From contig OZ316893.1 of the NCBI GenBank assembly GCA_973895155.1, positions 25,471,520 through 25,535,519 of the forward strand: 64,000 nt of DNA, in the 5' to 3' direction. The notes beneath the pieces are model-generated. The model searched no databases. It was given only the letters and a program-made list of their open reading frames with translations, and was not told the DNA's origin. The position numbers were made by a program, and so were the translations under genes. The number at the start of each line of letters is the position of its first letter. Positions within the stretch are counted from its first letter, which is position 1. Shown piece after piece: positions 25,220-45,999 of this stretch. The DNA comes from Marsupella aquatica (Eukaryota > Plantae > Marchantiophyta).

Positions 25220-25268
<49 letters not shown>
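25220..25268. repeat. (GA)n microsatellite
   Basis: Perfect run of about 24 GA units ~135 nt upstream of the PARP1 ATG. Confidence 0.95.
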
Positions 25269-25274
<6 letters not shown>

Positions 25275-25402
25275 CACGAGCGAGGGTATTGGTCTGTGAG
25301 TGCGCTCGGGCCGATCTTTGTGGCTGCCTTGGTCTTCAATTGAATTGGCTGCCGGGTATCTGTGCTGCATTGAATTGCTAGCCAGCTGTTGAGGTTGTGG
25401 TG

Positions 25403-33579
<8,177 letters not shown>

Positions 33580-34452
33580 GTTAACTCAATGTTGCCCTCA
33601 GACTGTTGGTCGACAGCGCTTTGTACTGGTTGTAAGTTTTGGTGGTTGCAGGACACTAGCACTGCATGTCTTGTAGTGACACAATTGGGAAGCCTCAGAG
33701 GCTTCGAGCATTTCCAGGCGACAGGGATCTACACCGGCTGGATGTTTGGTTAGATAATAGAACACTATTCTACCAGATTTCCACGTCGTTTCAGCACATA
33801 GTCTTGCATAGTATTGAAAGGAGACAATCCTGTACGAGATGTATGAATTTTCACGATCCCATTTTGATCTTTGGGCATTTTATGAGGCAATCTGTTCAAG
33901 TGGGTCTTGCCTCCAGTTATAGCCCACAATACCCTGGAAACAGGCGTTATTACATACAAAACATCCATTCAGACATTTTATAGCTGTCCAGTGAAATGGG
34001 TGTGCCCTTTTGGTGCTTCCCGTTCCTTCCATCGGTCAATATAACGCTCCACTAGTGCACTGCCTACTCGACTTGTGCGTGATTATTATGGGGCAGTACT
34101 TTGCTGGCTGCAAAGATTATTCACCGTACTGCAAGGTTACGGTGCCAAAGTACTATCAATCTGTTGTTTGGACTTTGGAGGAGACCCTTTTCAAGTTCAG
34201 ACTACCGGAGTGCTTGTCCAGCTTTTTATGTGGAATATTTCAATTTTTTTGGGATAGTGAGTGGCAGGTTAGAACAAGCTTATTGAAAGGGCACACCTGG
34301 CTGGTTGAAAAGAATCAAAATTCTGTTATGTTTTGTGTATTCTGTGCTTGAGGGAGATAAAACCATTATGCATGACAGTGGGTAAAACTTCTAAATGTGT
34401 TCTGTGCGTAAGTTCATGTGTCTCCAAGCACTATGGAATGCTGCTCCTTAAG

Positions 34453-34851
34453 TATACGGTTAAGGACCAGGGCTATCCCTTAATGGGATATAAAGGCGAC
34501 CACATATATGGTCTACCCGCGTATGCGGGGAGACCGTATATATGGGAGACTGTTTATCCCATTAAGGGATTAGCCCTGGTCTTTACCTGTTCGTTAAGGT
34601 AGTAAACACTGACATATCAAAGTTCTTTGAGTATTTTCATTTTTTATTACAAGACTCAGTTTACCTGGATTTTGAATTTGTAATTGCTGTCCCAAACACT
34701 CTGCATATGCATCTACCTCAGGACAAAAAGCAGTCAGATCACAGACCATATAAATATATGGTTATTTTTAATGAGATATAATCAAAGTTGAAAGTGCTAA
34801 CGTGACAGCAGCCTAAAGCCCCAAAAAGCAAAATACCACCCCGACCACCTT
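34453..34851 (+). mobile_element. ~400-bp non-autonomous element, copy 2: ~135-bp MITE-like foldback plus ~255-bp TTAA-bounded module
   Basis: ggttaaggaccagggctatcccttaatgggata ... tatcccattaagggattagccctggtctttacc foldback, then ttaaggtagt ... accaccttaa. Confidence 0.85.
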
Positions 34852-36479
34852 AATGAGGTGAGGTGAGGTGAGTTGAGCCATAGCTTCTTCTTCCAATCAC
34901 ACTCTCCAGCTTTGATGCAACCGTATCCATAGTGCAGTTTGCATAATCTCCATAGTACAGTGCTGCACAGTCGGCTTTTCCCAAGTGCACATTCTATAAA
35001 TGCAAACCCTGGCTAATTGTAAGGCGGTCTTTCTTTCTTCCATTTTTCAACCATTTGCACTTTAAAATGAAAAGAGGGCTGCACAAAGAGACAAATATGT
35101 AAGTGCAAAACTTGTACAAATGTAACACTAATGGGTAAGTGTAAAATTCCATTGACTTACACTTATTGATAAGTGTACTTACCACACAATGCAAACCTTT
35201 CTAAGTGCAAGAATTTGCACTCAGAGGGAGGAGATTGTATACGAGCATCCTTTCAAATGTTGCAAGCAGTGTTGTTTTAGTGCATGTGGGGCCAAGTAGG
35301 GTTGGGTGGCCAACTTGAGGGTCACCTAAGTATATAATTTGATATTCTAGCTTAATATAAATACCCTTATTAATGAAGACAAATATAACATTCTAGGAAT
35401 ATTCTTAATCTTTACTATTAATGACCTATTTTAGTTTAAAAAATGTCTACAATAGGGAATATTATTGATATAAGAGTGTACTCTACCCCAATAAGAGCAT
35501 TCTTACCTTCCCTCTAAACACCCAGTGAGGCCTGTGATGAGTTCAGGAGTTGGATCCTGTAAGTCAAATAAAATTCTGGCCATAATGCGCCACACTTAAG
35601 GTCTCCACCACTTTTTGCTCTCTGCCATCCCTGCCTCATTTCTCTTAGATGACGTGGATGCAGCCATCTCAACAGACTTGGGATGGCTGAAAATGGGAGT
35701 GATTCAATGATACTCTTCCCTGGAATGTCATTTATGGCATTTGTACAATCAGTCCGCTGCCCAAGTCACAAAAGCATGTATGATTTCCGCTTTTGGGTGG
35801 GAATTGGTGTAAAAAGCTCTGTCCAATATTTGGTTGAGAAACCACGACCTCCACCTTCCCAAGGCAGCTCGACTACTGGTACACCCACAGCCTGCTGCTG
35901 TACAATAAGGAGCTATTTTTGGTATTTAATTTAATAGTAAACGTCCGGTTTGGGCAGCATCCGGTGGGCAGAGGGTACGGAGAGTCATTAATGACTTTCC
36001 AGGGACCCGTAGCCCTGAATCACTACTCACTCATCTAAGTTGCATATAGAGGGACAGGTGGGAATCAGAGTGTTTTAGGGTGGCAAAAACTGGCTAGATT
36101 CCACCTGTATGAAAAGTTTTTATATTTTGTCTTAATTTAGTCCCTTTTCCACCTAACAGAACCCGTTAGTCAGAATCTGATGGCTGTCCTTAAATCTAGG
36201 AAAATCTGATGGGTCAGATCTAATCTTGGAAAACTAGAGAAAATGTTTTCTAGCATCTTCTCCTTTCACAAGAGGTGACATTGGCTACCCTTGTGAAAAA
36301 ACGAAAAAAAACCTTGAAAGTTATGGGAATGTAAAGGCAACTAACTACCCAACTCCTCACTATGGGGTTTCATTATCATAACAAATTGTTGACCAAACCT
36401 GTAAACAAAATCCAAAAATTGAGGTCCAGCCCATTCACTCCAACCCCATCTAAGTTTCAGGGACTGGTTTCCTGGTGAC

Positions 36480-36518
36480 GGATGGGGAAGGCGGATGGGG
36501 AAGGCGGATGGGGAAGGC
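36480..36518. repeat. 13-bp G-rich tandem, three copies
   Basis: ggatggggaaggc x3. Confidence 0.9.
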
Positions 36519-37016
36519 AATATACAGTGGATGACTTTCTATTGGGTTAGTTGTTGGGTTTTCAAGATATTTATCCACTGTCACGGATTGCTGATCTCTA
36601 GTGTTTAGTAATATTTTGCAGTAACCGTTGGGCCCGAGTTTCTGTTGACCATGATAGCTGGGTTACAATTCACTAGTTTATACTTGCAAGGAATATACTC
36701 TGGCTGTACTGTCTAGAGCAAAGACTCTACAATAGGACTCTAAGCAGATAATTGAAATTGCAGATACAGAAAACAGGAAATAATAGAGAGTGTTTTTCCA
36801 AGGTCTTTTCTTGTCTCATCTCTATTTACAGTGAAGGAAAGTGTAATCAGAGTATTAAACTACAAGGGTGTCATAAAACTGGGTATTTCCTCATTAGAGT
36901 AACCAGAAAACCCTGAGATCCAGTGCCAACACGGATAGGATTTTTTTTTGCAAGGTGTTTTTTTGGTCTCATTTCTATTTACAGTCAAGGAACTTGTAAT
37001 AATAATTAGACATTGG

Positions 37017-37039
37017 ATATATATATATATATATATATA
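37017..37039. repeat. (AT)n microsatellite
   Basis: About 11 AT units. Confidence 0.9.
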
Positions 37040-37988
37040 TCACACATTCAAAAAGACAGGAGCACCAAACCAGGAGACATGATCCAAAGGGAACAAACCC
37101 AATAAAGAAGGGGGAAGGGAAGACCCCAAGAAGACCAAAGAGGCCCAACAAGTCAAGGAGCATCCCACAAAAACAAAAAAAACTAAGAAGCAAGCAACAA
37201 ACTAAAACTCCTACTGGATGGTAAATTGAAAAGCTTGGTAGAGCTTGGGAGTAAAGCGCCTGAAAAGCTTGATAAAGCTCAGGAGTAAAAGGACATGAAA
37301 CAAAAACAATGGTGTTGTAAAACTGAACATTTACTCTCCTTAGAGTAACCAAAAGACCGTGAGATCCAGTGGCAAGCAGACGACAGGCATGGCCATGGCA
37401 GGACCCACCAGCCGCGAAGAAGATAGATAGGATAAATTCACATCAGCCTGTGGATTGGTTCATCATCGCTCCTCCTCTCTGAAGCCTCCTCTGGCTCTGC
37501 CCAATTGCCTAGCCCAGTTGCCAAGCCCCTGCCCTCCTCCACGCCCTCTCATGCCGCCATGCGCTCAGCCAGCAAGGAAGAGCCGAAAATCAACACTGCC
37601 AATTCAGGAGTGCCACATCCATCCTACACAATCCGCAGATTGCTCAGGCAGGACAATTCAATTGTGATGGGAGAGTAGCAGGAAGAAGACTTTTCTCACC
37701 GAAATTCTGCACCGAGTGCTTGGGAATTGTTGAGTAGTGTGCAGAGATGGAGAAAATTGTTGGGGAGGTGGGATGTTAGTGGAGCAGGGCAGACGAGGAG
37801 TAGGTGGAGGACCGGTGCATTGTGTTGTGGGTACTGGTGCCGAGCTGCTGCCAATGAGCCACATAGGGGATCATTCCACCTCGAGGGAGTGGAGGAAAAG
37901 GATGGCATGAGCACTCAAGGGTGGGCTGCTGTGGATCGGTAATTGGAGAAGTAAGCACTAGGGAGGGACATTGCTTCATCATCCCCTC

Positions 37989-40900
37989 ATGGCTGCTCTG
38001 GCGAGCAGCAGCTACTCTTTGGTGGGGTGGTCTGGTTCCAGCTTAGCCGGAGCAGGCTTGGAACAGAAGACATCAAGTCGAGTGCAGCGGCAGCGGCGGG
38101 GGCAAGGGATCAGAGCAGCTGCTGCTGAAGAGGAGGAGGAACCGAACTTTTTTCAGAACCTTGGTACCCAATTCTTCAAAGTCGGTGGAACCAAAGTCGA
38201 GTCTGCTGCCAAAAGTGCCAAGACCGGCGGTACCCAATTCTTCGGAATTGGAGGAACGAGGAAGAAGAAGGCAGCGGAAGACGAGGAACCCAAGAAGAGC
38301 GGAACTCTGTTCAATTTTGGAACACAGCTGAAGAAAGCGGGAGGCACTACCACCAACGGGTCAGCATTGGCAGTCCGGAAAGGAACCACGGCCCTGGAAT
38401 CTTTGCCGTTTGGGAGAGGCCGGAGAGTGGATCCCAAGACCGTATTCGTGGCTGGGGCAACGGGCCAAATTGGAGCTCGAATTTCCCAACAGCTGCTCCG
38501 AGCCGGGTTCAGTGTGCGAGGGGGTGTGCCTGACCTATATGTTGCTCAGCAGCTCGCCGAATTCGCCACTCAGTATGGGGTAAGTCGATTGCCCCACCGC
38601 CATGGAAGTTGTTATTTGGCAGTGGGACTGTCGTTGTGAGCTCATTGACCCCTGCCACGGGCATGGGCTTGCCAACTCAATTGGTGTGTATCATCCGAGT
38701 TCATTGTCTCATTGAGCCATGATCAAATCGTGGACACTTAGTTCTGTTGATCTTTCTCATGTCTCTCCACCAGCTAAAATTCCCGTGATCAAATGATGGG
38801 CCTAGAAGTCCAGTTGATCGTTCTCATGTCAGTACATTGTGAGCTCGTTGGGACATGCTACAGAAATAGTTTCAGTCACTCCTTCCCATGTCATTACATT
38901 TCAGGTCATTGGGCCATGCGCCTAACATGATCTAATCAGTCGATGTTACTCATCTCACTTCATTGTCAGCTCAACTGGCCATGCTGAAAACAGGGGCTCA
39001 GATCATTCTTTCCCACTTCCTTCCATTGTCAGCTTATTAGGAAATCCCCATTTCATACGACTCTCAGTTTAGCTGCAATTCTCATGGTATACCACTGTCA
39101 TCTTAATTTGCCATGGGCAAATTGTCGGTCTGTTGGTCGAGTTGGATCTCGCCATATTTCGTGGCCAGCTCCTGAACCCATCCTCAAATTATGGGGTTGA
39201 GCTCAATTGATCGTTCTCAATGATCAGGTCATTTGACCATACTCAAAGGAAGGGCGATAATTCACTAGCATGATTAACTCTGTCTATAGTTGATTATGTT
39301 AGTGAATTATCTGCCCGTTTGAGTGCACACCCTATCTATCATGAGTCAGTTTTCCCGCTTGATCTCCTATGTAGTGGGGCTCCTATGCTTGCAGCCTATG
39401 CTTCCGATGTGCGACTTTCATCTCCAGAAAGTTGTGTCCGTAGATGCTGGTTCCACTCTCTAATTGGATCCCCGTGGACAAGAAACACATTCATTTTGCA
39501 AATTTTGATTGTCAGCACATCTGTCGAGGAAGTCCGCGCTTCATTTGCTGGTAGAGATGATCTCATATTGGGAAAGCCACTCGGTTAAGAGCGTTAGATC
39601 CCAGTTCACCTTCGTTGGCTCGAGATTAGCTGTGGCTCATTGAGCAATTGTGAAAATGTGAAAGTCATCTTCAGCTTATTTGACCAGCAGATACCCGTCC
39701 TACAGGATTGCATTTGCAAGAAACTCGTCCTGCTGGGCAAGGAAACTGATGTATTTGTCGGCATGGGTAGGTAATAAGCAGAGATGAAGCTAAGAGGCTG
39801 AATGCGGTGGAATTTGACTTCAAGAACGTCTCCTCGATTGCGAAGGCTCTCGGCAATTCCGGGAAAGTGGTTGTGACGGTTGGACCCACCGAAGATGGCC
39901 CCCTGGGGAAGGTCACGAGGGATGACGCTTTGAGAGTTCTGGAGGCCGCAACGCTCTCCAATACGGCCCATTTTATTCTTGTTAGCGAGCCTGGTACTGG
40001 GGTTAGTGCTGACAACGGCCCATTGGCAGGCCTTGCAGCTCTCTTCACCAGAGTGTTCAGCAGAACCGCAGAGGTGTCGGAGTCGGACCTCATCGACAAA
40101 ATTGTAGAAACTGGCCTGCCATACACGGTCATAAAAGCTGGTTCCACGGATGGCGTAGATGATTATGCCCCAGAGAGTGGCAACCTTGTTGTAGATGCCG
40201 AAGGAGCTTCAGACCCAAGCGCAAAGGTAAGTAGCGGCTTTCAAACAATGTCAAGCAAGTCAGGATGAACGTGTCTTGTGATTTCCAATATGACTGACCC
40301 CCATTTAGCTAAGCATATCCTTCACACCATTAGCTTCCATCTACCCGAGCTAGGTTGGACCATTCTGATCCAATTGGTGACATTCTTCTTGGAAACAGGT
40401 GTCAAAGATTCAAATCGCTTCGGTTGTTGCTGGAGTCTTCCAGTACACAGGGGTTTCTGAGAATAAGGTGAGCAGTCAGTTCCCACTTAACTCAAAATGT
40501 TTATTTCCTGGTTCGCTTTCATGTTCAATGTCTTCACTAGAGTTGTGGAGCACTGGTGCCAACGAAGTATTTAACCTTAGTAAGAATTTGAACACTGACT
40601 AACTCCAGCTCTAGGATATAATGTCACTGGTGGTCAGAGGCACTGTGTCTCTGATTGATATGGATGTGCAATCCAGGATTGTCAATAATTTCTTCTTTCT
40701 TGGCATGCAGTATGTTGAAGTCTCTTCGAGCCCATATGCACCCTCAAGGCCAGTGGATGAGCTCCTAAGGTAACGTACCTTAGCTGTTAATGGTGCTGGT
40801 GAGATGTGAGTTCATCCTTCGTAAGGGCGAGCTGTATACGGTCAAGAACTGAGTCCTGGTTCTTCTTTGTTCATGACATGGGTCCGGCATAGTTATTAAA

Positions 40901-41524
40901 ATTGTCATTTTTTATCCCAACAGTGCAATTCAAGTGGATGGGAGAAGGGAGCTGTTGGAAGAGGAGCGGGCCCGATTGGCAGCAGAAGAGGAAGAGAGAC
41001 AAGCCCGTTCAAGAGCTGAGGCTGACGCTGAGGAAGCCGTGAAAGAAGCTCGAGAAGCCGCTCAATTTGCAGCTCAACTAGAAGCTGAGGCAAAGAGACT
41101 TGCAGCTGAAGAGACCAAGGCAGCTGCTGTAGCAGCCAGAGCCCAAGCCAAAGCAGAGGCTGCGGCAGCATCTGTTGATGGACTGCAGGAGAAAGCTAAG
41201 GAGCTGGGAGGCAGCCCACTCAAGACACTGGCAGGGCGTCTGGGAACTGTGTCTTTCAAACTGGATGACAACAAGTTCAAGAAAGCAGCAGTATCAGCCG
41301 AGGAGAAGGTCAAGAAACCAGCGTTCTCCTTCCCCAAAATGGTGCGACGACTTGAGGAAGAAGCGGAGGAGAAGGTCAAGAAGCCAGCTTTCTCTTTCCC
41401 AAAGAAGGTGCAGAGGGCAGCTCCTCAACCAGTTGCGGCTGCTGCATCAGCGGTACCGAAATCATCAGGTTTTTTTGGAGGTCTTTTCCCTCCACAAGAA
41501 ACCATCTATGTCGATGAGGATTAG
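37989..41524 (+). CDS. PTAC16: Plastid transcriptionally active 16-like protein (NAD(P)-binding Rossmann fold + coiled coil), 5 exons
   Basis: DPKTVFVAGATGQIGARISQQLLRAGFSVRGGVPDL, KRLNAVE...SIAKALGNSGKVVVTVGPTEDGP, VSKIQIASVVAGVF, Ala/Glu coiled coil, C-terminal QETIYVDED; exons approx. 37989-38579, 39771-40226, 40399-40467, 40711-40769, 40924-41524. Confidence 0.88.
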
Positions 41525-43366
41525 GCTCCATTTTCCGATTTGACAAAGGCTTCCAGTCTTGAAATATCTTATTCTTTCGTCCTTATGTGAGCAGAAAATA
41601 TTTGTGCATGAATGAGGTAAATATGTTTATCTGAAGCAAGTTACTGCAAGCATGTTGTGCCTTATTTTATTGATTGCTTGAAACCGTGTAAGGATCTTTT
41701 GGGGACTAGTGTTCCCCAACCTTTTTCTCCTTGACTATTGTTTTAGGCTCTATTCTACATTAGAGTTACCCAAATGCCCCCCCCTCCTTGTGGAACTAAT
41801 TATATTGTGTAACCCATGGTGGCCATGGTCACCTTTGAACTACTGTACGGGATGCTATCTAGTTTATTGGAGGATTGAAAGTTGTAGAGATTCTCATCAA
41901 TCCGAGTTGAAACGGCCTTGTATTCGTGGCCCTCAAAGATCCAAAGAAGCTGTACAATGGGGTAGTTTCTGGAAAATCCTGCCCTGTGGCAGCGGAAACA
42001 GTTGACCGCACTTTAAGGTGGCTATCCAATCCGTGGCTATGTAAATCACGATAGAAATTTCATTGTCCACGTGACAGTGACCTTCTGGCCATGACATTCT
42101 ACTCGTAAAACACGGAGGACTGGGCATTCACAGATAAGAGTGCATACTACAGTCACTTATTCTTGTGGAATATCTCTGAACCATTTGTAAAGCTGGCGAC
42201 ATCCATGTGACAGTCTATCAAAGTCATTCACTTGTGCAGCCTCTTCCTTGGATTATCAAGTTGTGCTCAGGGAGCTCTAGCACGTGACCTCAAGGGCCTT
42301 GTATGCCACCACAAGAATAAATTGTCACTGTTGGCTTACCGGAGTTCGCGTGACTAGGGGAAGTCCACTGTTTTTTGTGATTTCGTTGCCCACCACGACA
42401 CTGATAGGAAGCACCATTGGTCTCTTCGAAGTTGCATCTTTGTGATCAGCAGGAAAGTCTTTTAGGATGGAGTTGTGGGAAGATTGGTCAAAAGATTGAC
42501 TCAAGCCGGGAAATGATTACATCTGAAGCTTCGTAGCCTGAGCTGCATCGACGTGCTTTCTGTGACTTAAGAGTAAATCGTACATATCGAATGCAAAGAA
42601 CACTAGGGACCTCGAGCGAGGATTTCATCGCCTCCACCTACCCGTATGGTTCAGAGTGGGTCTGAACCACCCAACAAAACGATGGGAACCTACAAAATCC
42701 CATTCACATGCCGAGGATGGGGTGTGTTCAATGCAACATCTGTTGACTTGCCGATACTTCGACTCTCGACTACTACAGTAGATTGGACAATCACGTGTTA
42801 AATTCTATATGGAGAATTTGGAGTTAAATGCTGGGTGTATTGAGCTTTTCTGCAGTAGTGAGGTACACCATGCATCGTAAAATGAGGGGGTGTGCTGAGC
42901 TTTTTAGGACACCATTAAGTGAGTTGAAAAAAATGAATGCCACGAATGTACTCGGGAGCCAGGTCCGTCGGAGAGGATGACGGGCCAATATGGAAACTCG
43001 GAAATGTGCATCCCACACCCTCTCATTTTCCCAGCCTCTCGTGAAGACTCTAATTATTAATCCTAATCCGCATCTCAGGACGTGGGAAGTTCCTTAAGTA
43101 GCATGCATTCTACCGATGATGAACAAGCACGGGGCATTCATTCTTGTGCAGGGGAGGGCCTCTAGAGAGGCAGCATTACAGGAAGAGCTTCATATGCTTA
43201 GACACTTTCTAACATCTGGATCCCAGAGGTAATAGCTTTAGCAATAACACTAGTCAATATATTGATTTTGCAGGCATGGTCTACAACCTGACCCATCAGC
43301 CACAACGGCCTTGTTCCCAAGCTCAATCTCTAAAAACGATAAGCTGGATGGAACCAACGTATTTTT

Positions 43367-44344
43367 TTAAGGTAGAGTCGGCAAATTGCAAGTAGTGAAA
43401 GAGAATATGGAAACATGTCCACAGTCGACAGTTCCAAACTTTAATGGTCGACCTCCAATCTTGGCCTCCAATGCACGCACTTGCCTCTGCTCTGGTGGTT
43501 CTTGTCCTGTAACGACACAAAGGCTAAAAGCTGGGAAACCAGGAGCTGTTTTCTTGAACCGTCCATTGGGATGGTGTACATCAAAGATGAGGTTCAAGCT
43601 GCCGCGCTCATCTCCCATACTTGAGGCCACATCATCATCTCCTTCCAATAATTGGAGATTCGAGAATTCATCAACACACAACTTTTCACCTCTGCTCAAG
43701 GACACCTCATCATCCTTTTTCTCACGCCTGTCATGGTTGAGGGAATCCTCATCAGCATCCTCACAATCCACAGCATCACTTGACATTTCAGCCTGAACTG
43801 TTTCCAGAACTGTAGCAAAGCTCCCTTGACCATTCGTGTCATCATCCGCACTCATTGCACCTAAATTGAGACCCAGACGTGCTGAAGCTGGGAGTACCTC
43901 CTTCAGCTCCAAATCTCCCTCGGATTTTGTCGCTGGAAATGTTCCTCCTGGTGGTCTCTTTGATCGGGAGGTACTCCAGGGCGTTCCATGTCTACCAACA
44001 ATGTAACCTAAGCTCTTCAAATGGCAGAAAATCTGATAAGCATCCCAGGAGCAGCCACTGGAAGGGACAACCAGAAGATCATACACCTCCTGGCGAGATA
44101 TGGTTGTACCATCATCTCTCGATAGTACCAGACTTCCCTGCTCTACCATATACACAGCTTCTTCAACATGGCAGTAGAGTTTACTGTTCCGAATCACACC
44201 CATATTGCCCCAAAGCTTCCCTTTTTTCACCGTAACTTCAGCCATAGCAATCTCTGCTTCCCACCGACCCACCGAGACATCTCTGTGCGATGTTGCTTTC
44301 CCACCTTCATCGATGGCATTCTGATCCTGACTAAGTTCTTCCAT
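43367..44344 (-). CDS. SEN54: tRNA-splicing endonuclease subunit Sen54-like, intronless
   Basis: AEVTVKKGKLWGNMG...KLYCHVEEAVYMVEQGSL...WDAYQIFCHLKSLGYIVGRHG...FDVHHPNGRFKKTAPGFPAF matches the plant Sen54 pattern. Confidence 0.88.
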   Translation of the reverse strand: MEELSQDQNAIDEGGKATSHRDVSVGRWEAEIAMAEVTVKKGKLWGNMGVIRNSKLYCHVEEAVYMVEQGSLVLSRDDGTTISRQEVYDLLVVPSSGCSWDAYQIFCHLKSLGYIVGRHGTPWSTSRSKRPPGGTFPATKSEGDLELKEVLPASARLGLNLGAMSADDDTNGQGSFATVLETVQAEMSSDAVDCEDADEDSLNHDRREKKDDEVSLSRGEKLCVDEFSNLQLLEGDDDVASSMGDERGSLNLIFDVHHPNGRFKKTAPGFPAFSLCVVTGQEPPEQRQVRALEAKIGGRPLKFGTVDCGHVSIFSFTTCNLPTLP

Positions 44345-44814
44345 ACCACGATTAATGGATTCTTAGGCCGGACCGTTCACCGGACGCCAGCTGCGAAACT
44401 CGGGAGAATGATTGCCTACAATCCGAAATCAATTGGTGTCAAGCCATTTCAGAGTCCACAACCGTAAAGCCCGCAGCAGAATGGTGGTTTGGAATCGGAC
44501 CTCAATTGAATGTCGTCCCAGTCTTTTCGGAGTCAACAACGACCCAATCATAGCGAGCGCATTAGTGGGGAGCAATTTCTGATCAGAAGTTGACTACAAT
44601 AGTACAGAATAAATGACATATAATCGACGGACGAGCGAATGGCTATGCCTGAATTCTTCGACTGTGGTGCCGACGTGCATGTCCCTGACTGTTGTGGCTT
44701 CTCCTGCCCCGATGCCCAGCGATGGATGTACACCTATGTCAGAAATACAGTACCATCAAAACCTCTGGATGGCTGGGATAATCTCCAGATATCACGGAGG
44801 TCTTGAGGGCCTAG

Positions 44815-44830
44815 ACCCTAAACCCTAAAC
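44815..44830. promoter_or_regulatory. Telo-box-like motif upstream of the SEN54-like gene
   Basis: accctaaaaccctaaac contains AAACCCTA, ~480 bp 5' of the SEN54 start. Confidence 0.4.
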
Positions 44831-45999
44831 CAAATCCAGCCTCCGGATTTCAGTACTAATGACGAACCAATTCGCCGGTTATTAAGTGACCGATGCAATA
44901 AACCAATTTGATTTTCGAAGGGAGAATGTCTACGATTTGGTGGGAGTAGGGTACAAGCCCGATAAGTCACTGCGAATGCGTTAAATTGCTTCTCAGCATT
45001 TTAGAAGAGCAAGCTTTATACCCCTCCTCTCACAATTGAGGCTTGTGTTCCACACGACATCATAGTCTTTGGATCATTTGTTCCCGCATCAATCGACAGA
45101 AGTACTCCAGGAAAAAGAGGTGAAAAAATCCACGTTCGTCGTTATCAGTATTCCACCTGCTCGCAAATATTCACAGGTCAGGGGATTTCAATGTCAGCAA
45201 TTCATTTCAACGATTTGCGGACATGTGCACGAGATAATGCTAATTGGAAGAGAGCTCACCACAACTGGCAGCAGTCGATCATTTTCTCACGACAATCGGG
45301 GAAGCTGAGATATCAAATCAAATGGAGCTGTTGAATGAATCAACAATCCTGTGTGGGACGTGAGCGGGCAGCAGCGACTTGGGAGTGCGGTTGCTGTCAG
45401 GGGCATAGGACGATGCGCCTCAAAGTGCGGCTGTGATGGAAGTCACCGGCACCAGTCCTGCCCTGAAACACGAATGTGTCTGGCGTGTGGGCACAAAATC
45501 AGGGCACGGCCCTGTTGAGGGTCGATGGAACAAACCTCTACTACTGTAGAACTTGAAGGTTCCGTTGAAGTGTTCCTCTACAGTATATATTCGCACAGTG
45601 CACTTTGTGGCTATAATTTCAGCTCGGCCTCTCCTCCTGTCCAGCAACCGGTCGAGCAAGCTTTGCCGATAAGTATCTTTCAGGATGGACCTCAGCTGAA
45701 CTTCTGGATTTGCTTGTGGTTTGGCTTTCGGTCACGATTCGGTGGTAGTGTTCATGGCTTTAATTCTCGTGGATTCGTCGCGAATTCCAAGTCGATGGTT
45801 TTGGCTTTCGATCAAAATTAATTTGCTGGTTTTATTCAAGGCGGAAATTCTCGTGGATCCGTCGCGAATTCCCAGTGGAGGAATTCACCCCAGGTACTGG
45901 ACATCATAAGAGTGTCCTGAACCAATGTTGTTGACGATTCATAAGTAAGTAAGTTGCGATTCTTTACTCAATCCTAGCCTACAATTGACTTGAGCTCTC

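Noticed and set aside
36975-37352. 125-aa hydrophobic ORF on the minus strand
   Set aside because: It is the antisense reading of an A-rich repeat plus (AT)n
39606-44467. Antisense ORFs overlapping pTAC16 and SEN54 exons
   Set aside because: Shadow ORFs of real coding sequence
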